A stretch of 64,000 bases of DNA from Novakomyces olei (lineage: Eukaryota), in the NCBI GenBank assembly GCA_016906335.1, contig JADEYG010000012.1, forward strand, positions 1,302,001 to 1,366,000. The letters are read 5' to 3'. Under the pieces are notes generated by a model that was not told the origin of the DNA, made no database searches, and saw only the letters and a program-made list of their open reading frames with translations. Positions 49,282-60,613 of the stretch are shown here, one piece after another. Made by a program: the position numbers and the translations under genes. Within the stretch, counting starts at the first letter, position 1, and every line of letters begins with the position of its first letter.

Positions 49282-50726
49282 TACTTATGGCATTAGCATT
49301 TACGGCGTTTATCAAACTGGGGTTCGCAATGGATTGAGTTCGTGTGGTAGCTGCTTAAAGTATAAATTATGAATACGCTTTGGACTGCAAATATTGTTTA
49401 GTAATTCGAATTTACGGTCTATTGGCTAAGAGTATGGTGGGAAAACAATGTTACATAGTATGATTATGGCCCAACAGAATTTATGAGTTCAAATTTTAAT
49501 GGCTAAATGTTTTCCCTTTGTTAGGATTTTCTTCGGCCTTATTCTGCTGGCATTACGACGCGTTTATGAGCTATATTTCAGTACTCTTCATGCTTTTCCC
49601 ACGATAATTTGGAATTTGCATCAACGATTACTTATTCATAACAAAATGATGCTACTGACAGATATGGCGGCTACTGACTGGCTTGGGCGTTTTTGAATCT
49701 ATGATATGGCATGTAAAAACTTCACAAAATTTCAGCAACTCGAAGCAAGCACAAACTTTTGTGCGTCCTGGCATTAATTTTATAATACGAGAAGGCTTGG
49801 CGCACATATTGCGGCATTTTGAGGTTCATGCACAGACTGAATACCAAAATGCATTCCAGAACTAAGTGAATAACTGGCTTGACTTATGTATCTTTTATTC
49901 CTTCTGATAGATAACGGTCGGTTGATCTCGAAGTTGTGACCATATAGTTGACGTGAGAACTCGGATCAAAATCTATAGGTACCATTGATCAAGCTTGTTC
50001 TGCGAGCATGTCAATGTTATATAGCTAATTGCTATTTAGATAATGAAAATAGAGATTTAGAAGCTCGGAAAGTCACAGCGTTCATATCTTGTTATAGCTT
50101 GAAAATATTATCCACTTATTAAAATAATTTGTTACAATTACTGCAGCAAGTGCTGTTCAGAAGGTTTTATTATCTAACTGATGGTAATAGAGAAAGATTA
50201 GTGCGATTTCCCTGAGGGCAGAGGGATTTTATCAAGCATATTTAAACTATACCCTTTAAACCGGAATAGTGACAAAATGATAATGAAAGTTTTGTCATAA
50301 TTATATTTTAATTTCAGCTGTACGGAACAGAACTAAGAGCCATGAATTACATAGAATCAACTTTCAATGTCTAGGTGGTACACTATATCACAAAGAGAAC
50401 AAAGCCATGAGCATTATCTGAAGAGAACGCGTTTAGTTCAAGTCAGAGTCTAAATAGACCAATACATGCGCTATTTGAAGAAACATAAACCAAAATTGGA
50501 GATGGAACTGTATATAGATTGAACAAAAAAAGAAAATTTTAACAAAAATGGCCAGCTAGGGACAAACGGCTTTAGAAGCTTACAGGTTGAAATATGTTGA
50601 GCAGACATTTACGTCATCGCCTAGGAGCTCTCAATTTGGTAATACTTGACGCGCCATGCTATTTTTATAATTAATCAAGCCCCTATCAAGTATACCATAT
50701 TCGCAACGTTCTATATAATAAATAAT

Positions 50727-53070
50727 CTACTTAATAGGCACATGACTCGCCTGGTCTTCCTTTGGAGGCACTGGACTCATTTCTACAATACTAGTTTCAC
50801 TAGCATCAATTGCTTCGAGGGTTTTGCTGTTCCCGGTGATGTCAGCATAAATTCGCTTGGCCATTCCGAAAATTTGCTTATGGCCATCATATATCGGTAG
50901 CAAAATGATGATTGAAGCAGCAAAAAACGCCCATATAAATGCCACTACTATCCAACCACGGAAGAAAGCTTTGCTAAAAATGCTGTTTGGTTAGCTTGTT
51001 TGTTTGCCTGATTGAGCACAAATAGACGACTCAATGAAAACCGAAAACAGAAATAGTAACATTATCAAATACAAAAACGACAAGAGCACATACTATTTTG
51101 AACCGTATAGAGGAAGCGGGAAGAGCACGAGATAAAACAAGACAAAAAGCACAGAAAGGCCAATGCCAATATTTCGGGCCCTTATCATCCTTTTGTTGTA
51201 CTCAAGCTCATGAGCAGCATCAATTTCATGTGTTACCGCCATGTGTGCGTGCTTTGCTATCATGTCCGTGTCTTGCACCAATTCGATCTCCTTGAACTTG
51301 CTGAAATCGAAATTGCTAGGCTTAATGAAAATGATAATGGGTACATAAATCAGCGGCACGCCTATTGCTACTGTGTTTCCCGCAGCTAGAGCCTCATACG
51401 TAGAGAGTGACGTCAGAGTAACCGTGCCCGATTGACTATAGGCATAACCAATCCACACAGCTATAGAAGTCAAGCTGCTGATAATGGTGCCGAATATAAA
51501 TGCGTACTTGCTCATGCGTCGGCTTGTGAGAGACAAAAACATGCTGACGATAGCAGAGTCTACGACAATACCGCTAACTGTCGTGATAAAGGAAACATCA
51601 AATCCCGCATTTGCGAGTCCGATGGCTAGTCCAATAATTACACATCCAACACACACGACAGCGACATGGCTAGTGACCCGCAATTGCCTCCCAGTCGCGT
51701 TAGGTCTGAGATACGCTTTAAATACGTCGTAGGTGAATAACGCAGACATTGCAACAATTTCTGAGCTGTAGGCAGCAGTCACTGCCATAAAAAGCATAAG
51801 TAGAACCATTACTGCACCAGACCTGCCTGCAACAGCGTAAGCACCAAAGGGCATTACAAGTCCTGCGTTGATCTGCTCCGTGGTCATTGGATTTGGATAA
51901 GTGGGAAAGCTCGGTAGAACTTCGGAAGCAGCGCATGCAAGTCCGAGTGTAGTCGCAAGGCAAAAAGGTATGGTAAACCAGCAGAGCCCACCTATGCAGT
52001 AAGAAAATATACTCTAAAAGCAAACAAATATGGAAATGCCAAAGAAAACAATGAAGCTTATACCTAGCACGTAGCCAGCGAGAGTAGACGCAGGGTCAGC
52101 ACTCAATGCTTTTTGAAATAATTGACTATCGACCGACGCAGCCCATCCCTGTCGCATAAGCATTAGAAAAATGTGAGCTACTTACGGCTCCAAACAGTAC
52201 AAGACCGAAAAGGCCTCCACTCCGTGAAGTCATTGTTAAAAATGATCCCAGGTAGTTTCCCTCAATCGGGCGACGAGTAGCAGCTTCTTGAAGCAAATCA
52301 TACATCCGGTCTGGACTGCCAATGACATTTCCAGTTGCATAAGTGATGAAAAGAGAGGTGAGCATGATTGTGTAAATGACAATTGTATGCATTCCATCAG
52401 AGATGAATGCTGCTTTGATGCCACCAGCTAGGGTATAAACAGTTACACCAATGGGAAATAATACAATGGCTGCTTCGCGATTCATTCCTGTCATTGCAGC
52501 AAACACAGAGCTACCGTTGATTAACAAGTTAGCAGAGTATGTAATCTGCTGAATCAAAGAGTAGATGCACATGACAATATGTGCACCGTTTCCATAACGC
52601 AAACGAATCACTTCTTGAAACCTGACAAAGTTAAAAATCACAATAGTCATAAACAAAAGCATAATCGCATACGTATGGGCGTTGGGAGCTTTCCGCTTAA
52701 GCTCAATTGCAACTGTCGCAAAGATAATGATTTGCACACAAGCACCTGCGCCATACCACCACGGCCCTGCTACGCCGAGATTGTATGCTGAAGTGGCACT
52801 TTAAATTTTTGTTAGCTCAGTCAAACGGAATCAAGAGTTATCTTACCTCAAAAGCAGTGTGCTTCCAATGGTCCAGGATGACACAACGGCGGAGCATATT
52901 AGTCCAGTGTGAATTGAACGATTGGCTGTCATGCTCATTTCAGAAGTTTGATACTCGTTCATGTAACGACTAAGTAAGAACGATAAGACGACCATTACTG
53001 CAGCGAAGCCAAAGCCAAGCCCAACAACGAGGCCGTAGCCCATAGATTGCGAAAAAAAAGTGCCATCCAT
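50727..53070 (-). CDS. DUR3: Urea/polyamine active transporter, sodium:solute symporter family (Dur3-like), 6 exons
   Basis: GYGLVVGLG, SAVVSSWT, ELKRKAPNAHT, YTLAGGIKAAFISD, NAGLVMP, FMAVT, YIFSKAFFRGW; five introns reconstructed. Confidence 0.88.
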
Positions 53071-53456
53071 TCTTTGCGACTGCTATGAATCAGACTTGGA
53101 TAAGTTTGAGGAGCTGCGAGCTTTATGCAGACAAGGCGCTATGAATTTATTACGCTTTTTGGATTGCTCTTGAATGCATATCGATTTATGGAGTCGTGTT
53201 TGTTATCTTGCAGTAAGTTGGGGTAGGGTCCCAAAAAGGAAGGTCTAGTGACGCTATCGATAGAACATCGGCAATTCTTGTATAGGAACAGTGGAGTATT
53301 TGGGGTAATTATGATCTTTCCTTCTATAGATGGAAATAAGTTGATAGATAGGCGGCAAAGCGATGTCTGATGCTGCTATACGTGGGATGCCGTGAAATTA
53401 AAAGAGCAATGAGAATTCCACCTCAAGAATCGTAAATTCAACATTGTCTACAAACC

Positions 53457-54354
53457 ATGGGTCTTCGCAAGATTGAGATTAACTGCGATATGGGCGAGGG
53501 CTACGGCAAGTGGAAGATGGGTCCGGACGAAGAGCTCATGCCTCTCATCGATTCTGCAAACGTAGCTTGTGGGTTTCATGCGTATGTTTTTCAGTGGCAA
53601 AACAGTGAGAAAATAAAAGAGAAGCTAAAACATCACATAACCGAAAACATTGAAGTATAATTCTCATTTTTAATCTAGTGGCGACTACAATATAATGCCG
53701 CGTATGGTGAAACTTGCAAAGCAGCACAACGTCCGTGTTGGATCGCATCCTGGTCTACCCGACATGATAGGATTTGGCCGAAGAGCCATTGCAATATCTC
53801 CGGAAGAAATTTATAATATCGTGATGTATCAAACCGGAGCGCTTAAAGCATTTTTAGACGCTCAAAATTGGCCTTGTAAGTTGGACAGCTTCAAAAAGGC
53901 GGCTAACATGAATACAGTGTGTTACATTAAACCTCATGGACAGCTGTATTTCTATGTGGCCGAGAACGATGATATAATGCGTGCTGTGCTGCGCGCAGCT
54001 AAAGATTTCAAGGTCCCTGTGATGGGCGCCAAAAATGATCATTACAAAACAATGGCAACAGAAATGGGGGTGGAGCTAATTGAAGAGTTTTATGTCGATA
54101 TAGACTGGAACAAGGACCGAAAACTAGTTCCTGTCAAGCCCGGTTCGTACAAAGCACCAGAGACAATTTATACAAATATTCTGTCGTGCGGTCTAGAGGA
54201 CACTACAGTTGACAATGAGGGGAACAGACTGAAAATGGGATTTGATAGGGTACCCTTCACCGTGTGTTTACACAGCGATATGCCATCGGCGTTGGAGAAC
54301 GTCAAAGCCGCTCGAGAAGCGGTAAACCGCATTAATGAGCAACGATTTAGTTAG
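53457..54354 (+). CDS. lamB: LamB/YcsF family protein (PxpA-like lactam utilisation protein); introns 53582-53678 and 53876-53917
   Basis: [52 protein letters not shown]. Confidence 0.9.
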
Positions 54355-54970
54355 CAAGTAAATTAGTTTATTTCTCTACTCCTCCTAATTTGGAGTTCTA
54401 CTTTTCTAAGTATCTTCATTAGAAATATAATATAGATCTCAGTAGATTCGAAGCTTCGTAGAAACGTAAACACGTAACAATAAAATAATCGTGCCGCAAA
54501 GCCAACAAAAAACAGGCATCAATCGAAGTGAGTGTGCGTAATGATTTTGGCTGAATGGGTTGAAATATTATTTGGAGACTAAATAATTCAATGACCCCCT
54601 TCATCAACAGTTATAGTTGGGGTAAGTCCCAGATAAAGCCGCGGTCATTCTTCTCCATTCATCAGAAATGGCGCGTATCTTGAACGAATTCTGAAAGAAA
54701 TGACGCTTAATCTCAGCGGATATTAGATACAATAGTGTCTTATCTATATGGATGGGTGAGGAGTGTCTTGGAGATGCAACATTGTGAAGGCGCTTCTAGG
54801 TTTGTTATATACCCCAAGCCACAAGCAATGGGGATAAACAACTTTATTGTTAGTCTCATATTTTTGCATTCGAACCGAGTTTGCGCTTGCTATAGCCGTC
54901 ATCCCACGTAACGAATTTGACAAATTTGAGCCTTGAGCTGCGGCTACTGACCTTTACACAAAACAAAAAG

Positions 54971-57900
54971 ATGCACTCGATCAGAAAAGTGTTGGTAGCG
55001 AACCGAGGTGAAATTGCAGTTCGACTTTTGCGAGCTTGCCGAGAATGTGGAATTGCGACTGTGGCGATTTACAGCGAAGCGGACATGGCATCAGCACATG
55101 TCGCGCTTGCGGATGAGCGAGAGCAACTGCCGGGAGACAACAGTTCCGCGTATTTGAATGGAGATGCAATTGTGGATATCTGTATTCGGCACAAAGTGGA
55201 CGCGATCCTACCGGGTTACGGTTTTCTGAGTGAAAACACAGAATTTTGTGAAGCCGCTACCGCCGCGGGAGTAACGTTTGTTGGACCCCAGCCCTCTGTA
55301 ATTACAAAGTTTGGTCTTAAACATCTCGCACGGCAGCTGGCGATTGATGCTGGCGTTCCTGTTTGTGAGGGCACAGAACTCCTTGAGGAGGAAGAGGAGG
55401 CAGTAGCTGCAGCAAGCCGTATTGGCTATCCTGTAAGTCAAATTATCAATAAAACAATATGCTTAAGGAGTCTAAACATTTAGGTTATTTTGAAAGCAAC
55501 TTCGGGTGGTGGAGGCATGGGCTTACAAGCATGCTTTACGGAAGATGAAACACGCAAATACTTTGCCGTCGTCAAAAGTCGGGGTGCGGCTCTATTTAAA
55601 AACAGTGGCGTGTTTATCGAAAAGTTCTTCCAGTCGGCACGACACATTGAAGTTCAAGTCTTTGGCAACGGAAAAGGCTGTGCAATCCATTTTGGAGAGC
55701 GCGAGTGTAGTTTGCAGCGCAGACACCAAAAAATAATTGAGGAGTGCCCGTCGCCGTTTGTCACACCAGAGCTGCGTCGCCAATTGACCCAGGCTGCAAC
55801 AGCGCTAGCGGCTTCTGTAAACTACGCGTCAGCTGGAACTGTTGAATTTTTGGTGAATGATAAAGATGGCAGCTTTTTCTTTCTCGAAATGAACACGAGG
55901 CTTCAAGTCGAACATGGCATAACTGAGCAATGCTACGGAGTCAACCTTGTAAAGCTCATGCTTATGCAGGCTGATGCAGAACGCAGCAATCATGCGCTTG
56001 AGGCAGAGTACTTATTGTCCCTACAAAAGTCGGAGCCCCTTGGTGCAAGCATAGAATGCCGTTTGTATGCTGAAAATCCGTCAAACAATTTCAGTCCCTC
56101 GCCTGGAGTACTGCAGCATGTTGAGTGGGCAGACGGTGATGGAGTTCGGGTTGATACGTGGGTAAAGCGTGGGACTCACGTAACTCCGTATTATGGTAAT
56201 TCAGACTGTGATTAAAACCTTTTTGCTAAATTGTATAATTAGACCCTTTGTTGGCGAAAATAATGGTTCATGCAGACGATCGGGAAGCTGCAAGGAAGCA
56301 GATGCTGCATGTTCTCGACCGGTCACGTGTATGCGGGCCGCCCAACAACAAGCATTTTATGTCCTGCATTTTGAAGAACGCAGACTTTGTCGCTGGGAGG
56401 ACGCTGACAAGCTTTTTGGAGAAATCGTTTGATTATGAGCCGCTAGTAATGAGCATTGTTGAGCCTGGTGCCTACACCACAGTACAAGATCTTCCAGGAC
56501 GATTCAACATAGGGCACGGCGTACCCAAGAGCGGACCCATGGATGAACTGGCATTTAAGAGTAACGGTCTTTGTCCTTTAGTTCCTTTTTTCTTTGACTT
56601 TCTTATTTTATATTTTATATTTTTTAATTTTTAATTTTGAACCTAACCTCAAAAGTCGCAAATATTGTCGTAGGCAATGATGTCAACACGGAAGCGCTCG
56701 AGGTCACAATCCGTGGGCCGGTGATTAAATTCCATGCACAAGCTATAGTTGCTGTGTGTGGTGCACCAATGCAGGTTACGATAGACTGTATCCCGAGGCC
56801 AATGTGGCAGCGATTGCGTGTCGACCGAGGCCAGACGTTAAGTATTGGAACCGCTGAAGCGGGAGGTTGTCGATGCTATTTAGCGGTGCTTGGGGGTTTT
56901 CCAGAAATTCCAAAGTATCTCGGCTCAAAGTCGACATCTCCATCTGTCAAGTGGGGCGGTTTCCAGGGCCGCCAGCTTTTGGCGGGCGATTCTATCGCCA
57001 TTTCCGACCAGTCGAAAACGGTGTGGGAGCCGTTCGCTATCCCTCAATCATTGCAGCCCGCTTATCCGTCGCACTCCGAGGTATGGTGCATGTCTGGGCC
57101 TCACGACTCGGACGACTTTTTAACAGCAAAGGATCGCGAGACGCTCTACTCGGCTTCGTGGAAGATTAGCCACAATGCGAATCGTGTCGGTATCCGACTC
57201 ATTGGCCCACGTCTTGAGTGGGCGCGTAAAAGTGGGGGTGAAGGAGGCAGCCATCCAAGTAATGTGTGCGATTATGGCTACCCGAGCCCGGGTGCGCTTA
57301 ATTGGGGCGGCGATTCGTGTGTCGTGTTTGCTGTTGACAGCCCGGATCTCGGTGGACTCTTGTCTTCGACAACAATTGTCTCGGGCGATTTGTGGCGCGT
57401 GGGCCAGTTAAAGCCGGGTGACACGGTTCGATTCAAGCGTACTACTTTTGAAAATGCTATAACACTAAGGAAAAACCTTGATTCGTTTATTTCCGCACTA
57501 CAATCTCACGAGCTTGAGTGTGGCCCGCTGGACTTGACTCTTCCTGACGATGCAACAGGGGCGATTTTGTACAGCACAGGTAGTGGTGAAGGCTGCAGCG
57601 ACAGCCGACCAGGGTTCACTATACGGCAAGGCGGAGACTCGTTTCTCTTTGCTGAGTTTGGTCCGATGAAGTTTGATCTGCTGCTCCGCTGCCGCGTTCA
57701 AGTTCTTCTAAGCAGGATGGAAGAGCTGCGGCTCCCTGGTATTCTTAAAATGCTGCCCCATGTGCGATGTCTGACGATTGTGTTCAATGGCTCAGAGCTG
57801 GAGCAAAGCCGGCTAATCGATCTATTGGTTCGTATTGAGCGAGAAATGCCCAACAAAATCACGATGGAGCTCGACTGCCGACGGATCCGAATGCCGATTG

Positions 57901-58838
57901 TCATGGACGACGAAGCCCTTACCGAATCGATAAACCGATATACGGAGACCCAACGGCCTACTGCGTCTTATCTTCCGGATAATCTCGAGTTTCTGGCCAA
58001 AAGCAACGGACTCTCAAGCCGACGCGAGGCATTTGAGTACGCACTCAAGTGTCCAATGCTCGTTGTCGGCTGCGGGTTTCTCGGTGGGACTCCGACGGCT
58101 TTGCCGCTCGATCCCCGGTATGCATTGCTGGCACAAAAGTATAATCCCACACGAACATCGACGCCAGCAGGGGCAGTGGGTGTGGGAGGAAAGCTTGTGT
58201 CTATCTATCCCGCAGAGCAGCCAGGTGGTTATATTCTCTGGGGTCGGACGTTACCAGCATGGGACACATATGGATCACGGCGGTCCTTTTCACCAGAGAC
58301 ACCTTGGCTCTTTGTGGATTTTGATATTATCGAGTTTTACGAGGTTACGCAGTCCGAATTTCGCGAGGCCCTGATTGCCTTCGAAGCAGGGCAATACTTG
58401 TTCTCGGTAAAGCCAAGCGCGCTTGATATAGCAAGAGTAGTGGACCAAACAGAGGCAGTGAAGCAGGAAATTGAAGCGTTTGAAAAGCAGCAAGTGCGTG
58501 CATCAGAAGAAATGGCTACCGTAGAACGCGATATGCTTTCGTCTTGGGAACAGAGTCTAGTAGCAGAGGCAAAAGCAGATAAGCTCAGAGCCAGCGAGCT
58601 TTTACAAAGCCAGGACGCTATCAGAGCCGTTTCTGGCATGAATGCAAATGTCTGGAAATTGGTTGTCCAACCAGGAGAAACCGTAAAATCGGGGCAGTTG
58701 GTGGCTATCTTGGAAGCAATGAAGATGGAGATTAACGTCTATGCACCAACAGACGCTAACAACAAACATGTTGCACAGATCGTGGTAAAGCCGGGCTCAA
58801 TTGTCAATCCTGGAGACACAATCATCATTTTCAAATAA
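54971..58838 (+). CDS. Urea-carboxylase-type biotin enzyme (biotin carboxylase + AHS2 + AHS1 + biotin carrier), LamA-like; introns 55433-55483, 56196-56242, 56561-56655
   Basis: VANRGEIA, PGYGFLSEN, GERECSLQRRHQK, EMNTRLQVEH, TTVQDLPGR, GGEGGSHPSN, KYNPTRT, EAMKME; no N-terminal amidase (allophanate hydrolase) domain. Confidence 0.9.
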
Positions 58839-59089
58839 CGAATCACCTTGCGGGAATTGTTTCGAGGAAGATTTCAATACCATTCTTGTTTGAAATTTGA
58901 GACAGGCACCGGGAAAAGGTTTAATAATAATTAATATTATTATAATGGTTTCAATAAAGCCTTTTTATGCAACAGTTTATAGAAACATAGCAGCAGGCTT
59001 TCTCATGTTAGAGGAGCATGAAAGCTGAATGCGGATTAATTATTCCAATTGTATTATTCTTTATAACTTTCAACTCAACTATTTGAAAT

Positions 59090-59254
59090 TGTCGGGATAT
59101 AGTTCGTCTGGTCGTAGCAATAGTAAGCCAGAATAAGTTAGGGTTAGGGTTAGTTATATAACCCTAACACTAACTGTTATAAATGCTGGCAGAAATAATT
59201 TTTAATATATCTTTTCACAAAACAAGAAGCATTCTACTCAATAGGTTATGAGCC
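59090..59254 (+). mobile_element. Degenerate Copia-type 5' LTR (~154 bp) + primer-binding site
   Basis: Starts TGTCGGG, ends TCAATA (CA to TA), followed directly by GGTTATGAGCC (59244-59254), the PBS type seen in fungal Copia/Ty5-like elements. Confidence 0.5.
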
Positions 59255-59306
59255 TGGCTGACTAGAAAGCAAAGAGTTGAATTGAAAACCTATACATATT
59301 CCAGCG

Positions 59307-59583
59307 CGCATTACGCCGCAAAATCAATAATTTGTTATGTGATTATTATAGCATTGAAAATTGGACAGGGTTTTCGGTTTGATTTTGCGGCGTAATGCGG
59401 TCCAAAAAATAAATTAATGTATGAGGGGGGGGTCATGCTAATTACCTTAACATACGCGCGAATTACGGCGTAATGTAAATAAGAAATGCAGTAGAACTTT
59501 GTAGGGAGGGTTTTCAGAGACGGATTTTACTGCATAATGCGCCGTCAATGTATGGGAAAAAGCGCGGGTATGTTAAGGTAATT
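59307..59583. repeat. Two pairs of ~21-bp inverted repeats
   Basis: 59307-59327 / 59379-59399 perfect; 59440-59460 / 59563-59583 match 20/21. Confidence 0.85.
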
Positions 59584-60016
59584 CACAGTGGAGGCTATAA
59601 AAAGAGCGTCAGATTGAAACAGGATTACAGCATAATGTCAGGGCAGAGAATGGCGGCAAGGGTAGGGTTGTTGTATTTATATAATATATTTATTATACAA
59701 GATGTGCTACACATATTATAGTTATCTGATAATATAATATAAATATTATAGAGAGGGCAACATAGTAATAGAAGTAAATAAGAAAAACGTCAGAAAAATA
59801 AGAAAAATTAAGAGTGTGTAGTCCATGTGTAGAGGTGACAAAACGTCGAATGAACAAGTGTTTTTACAAAAAGTGTATGGTTGGATAGAGGGAAGCAATA
59901 GGAGTGTAAATATATGTTTGTTTATAAGATTGGATTATTAGTTATAAAGATATATGGGTTTAAAGATTTATAAAAAGCTCATGTATGGGCCAGGATGCAT
60001 TTTATGTGGCAATATT

Positions 60017-60226
60017 ATAATAATGTATAATAATGTATGGTATAATAATATATTGTATTATAATGTATGGAGAAATAATGTATGGTATAGTAATATATGG
60101 TATTATAATGTATTGTAAAGTAGTGTATGGATAATAATGTATGGTATAATAATATATTGTATTATAATGTATTGTAAAGTAGTATGTATAATAATGTATG
60201 GTATAATAATATATTGTATTATAATG
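60017..60226. repeat. AT-rich degenerate minisatellite (ataatgtatgg / tattgtatt units)
   Basis: Repeated ataatgtatggtataataatatattgtatt blocks ending exactly at the LTR boundary. Confidence 0.85.
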
Positions 60227-60441
60227 TGTTGAATATAGAAGGTTGGAATTTGCTCTTATGGTAGATTAAATGAATTAGATACTCTAGATTGCTTCAGCTG
60301 AATCCCCCCCGAGGGTGTGAGGGTTCGCTTGAGCTATATATATGTAACTATGTATTTTTGAGTGAGTATTCTGTAAAGCTAAAAGTCAAACAACTGACAC
60401 TCATGGTTGAGTTGTCTTAGCCGGTCAGTGAGTCGGCGAGT

Positions 60442-60533
<92 letters not shown>

Positions 60534-60560
60534 AGGGGATAATAGATTCATATTTCAACA
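60227..60560 (-). mobile_element. 3' LTR (334 bp) of Ty1/Copia element
   Basis: TGTTGAA...TTCAACA inverted termini; polypurine tract AAGGGGAG immediately adjacent (60561-60568, minus strand), ~50 bp after the pol stop. Confidence 0.85.
60443..60532. repeat. (TAT)~30 microsatellite inside the LTR
   Basis: Uninterrupted trinucleotide run of ~90 bp. Confidence 0.97.
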
Positions 60561-60613
60561 CTCCCCTTGAATCTTTTATTTCCTTTTTGTATTCTTGTAT
60601 TTATTTTTTTTTG

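Noticed and set aside
54971-58838. Calling this gene DUR1,2 urea amidolyase
   Set aside because: Lacks the N-terminal amidase-family allophanate hydrolase domain.
59990-60226. CRISPR-like array
   Set aside because: Eukaryotic context; degenerate tandem units with no unique spacers and no cas genes.
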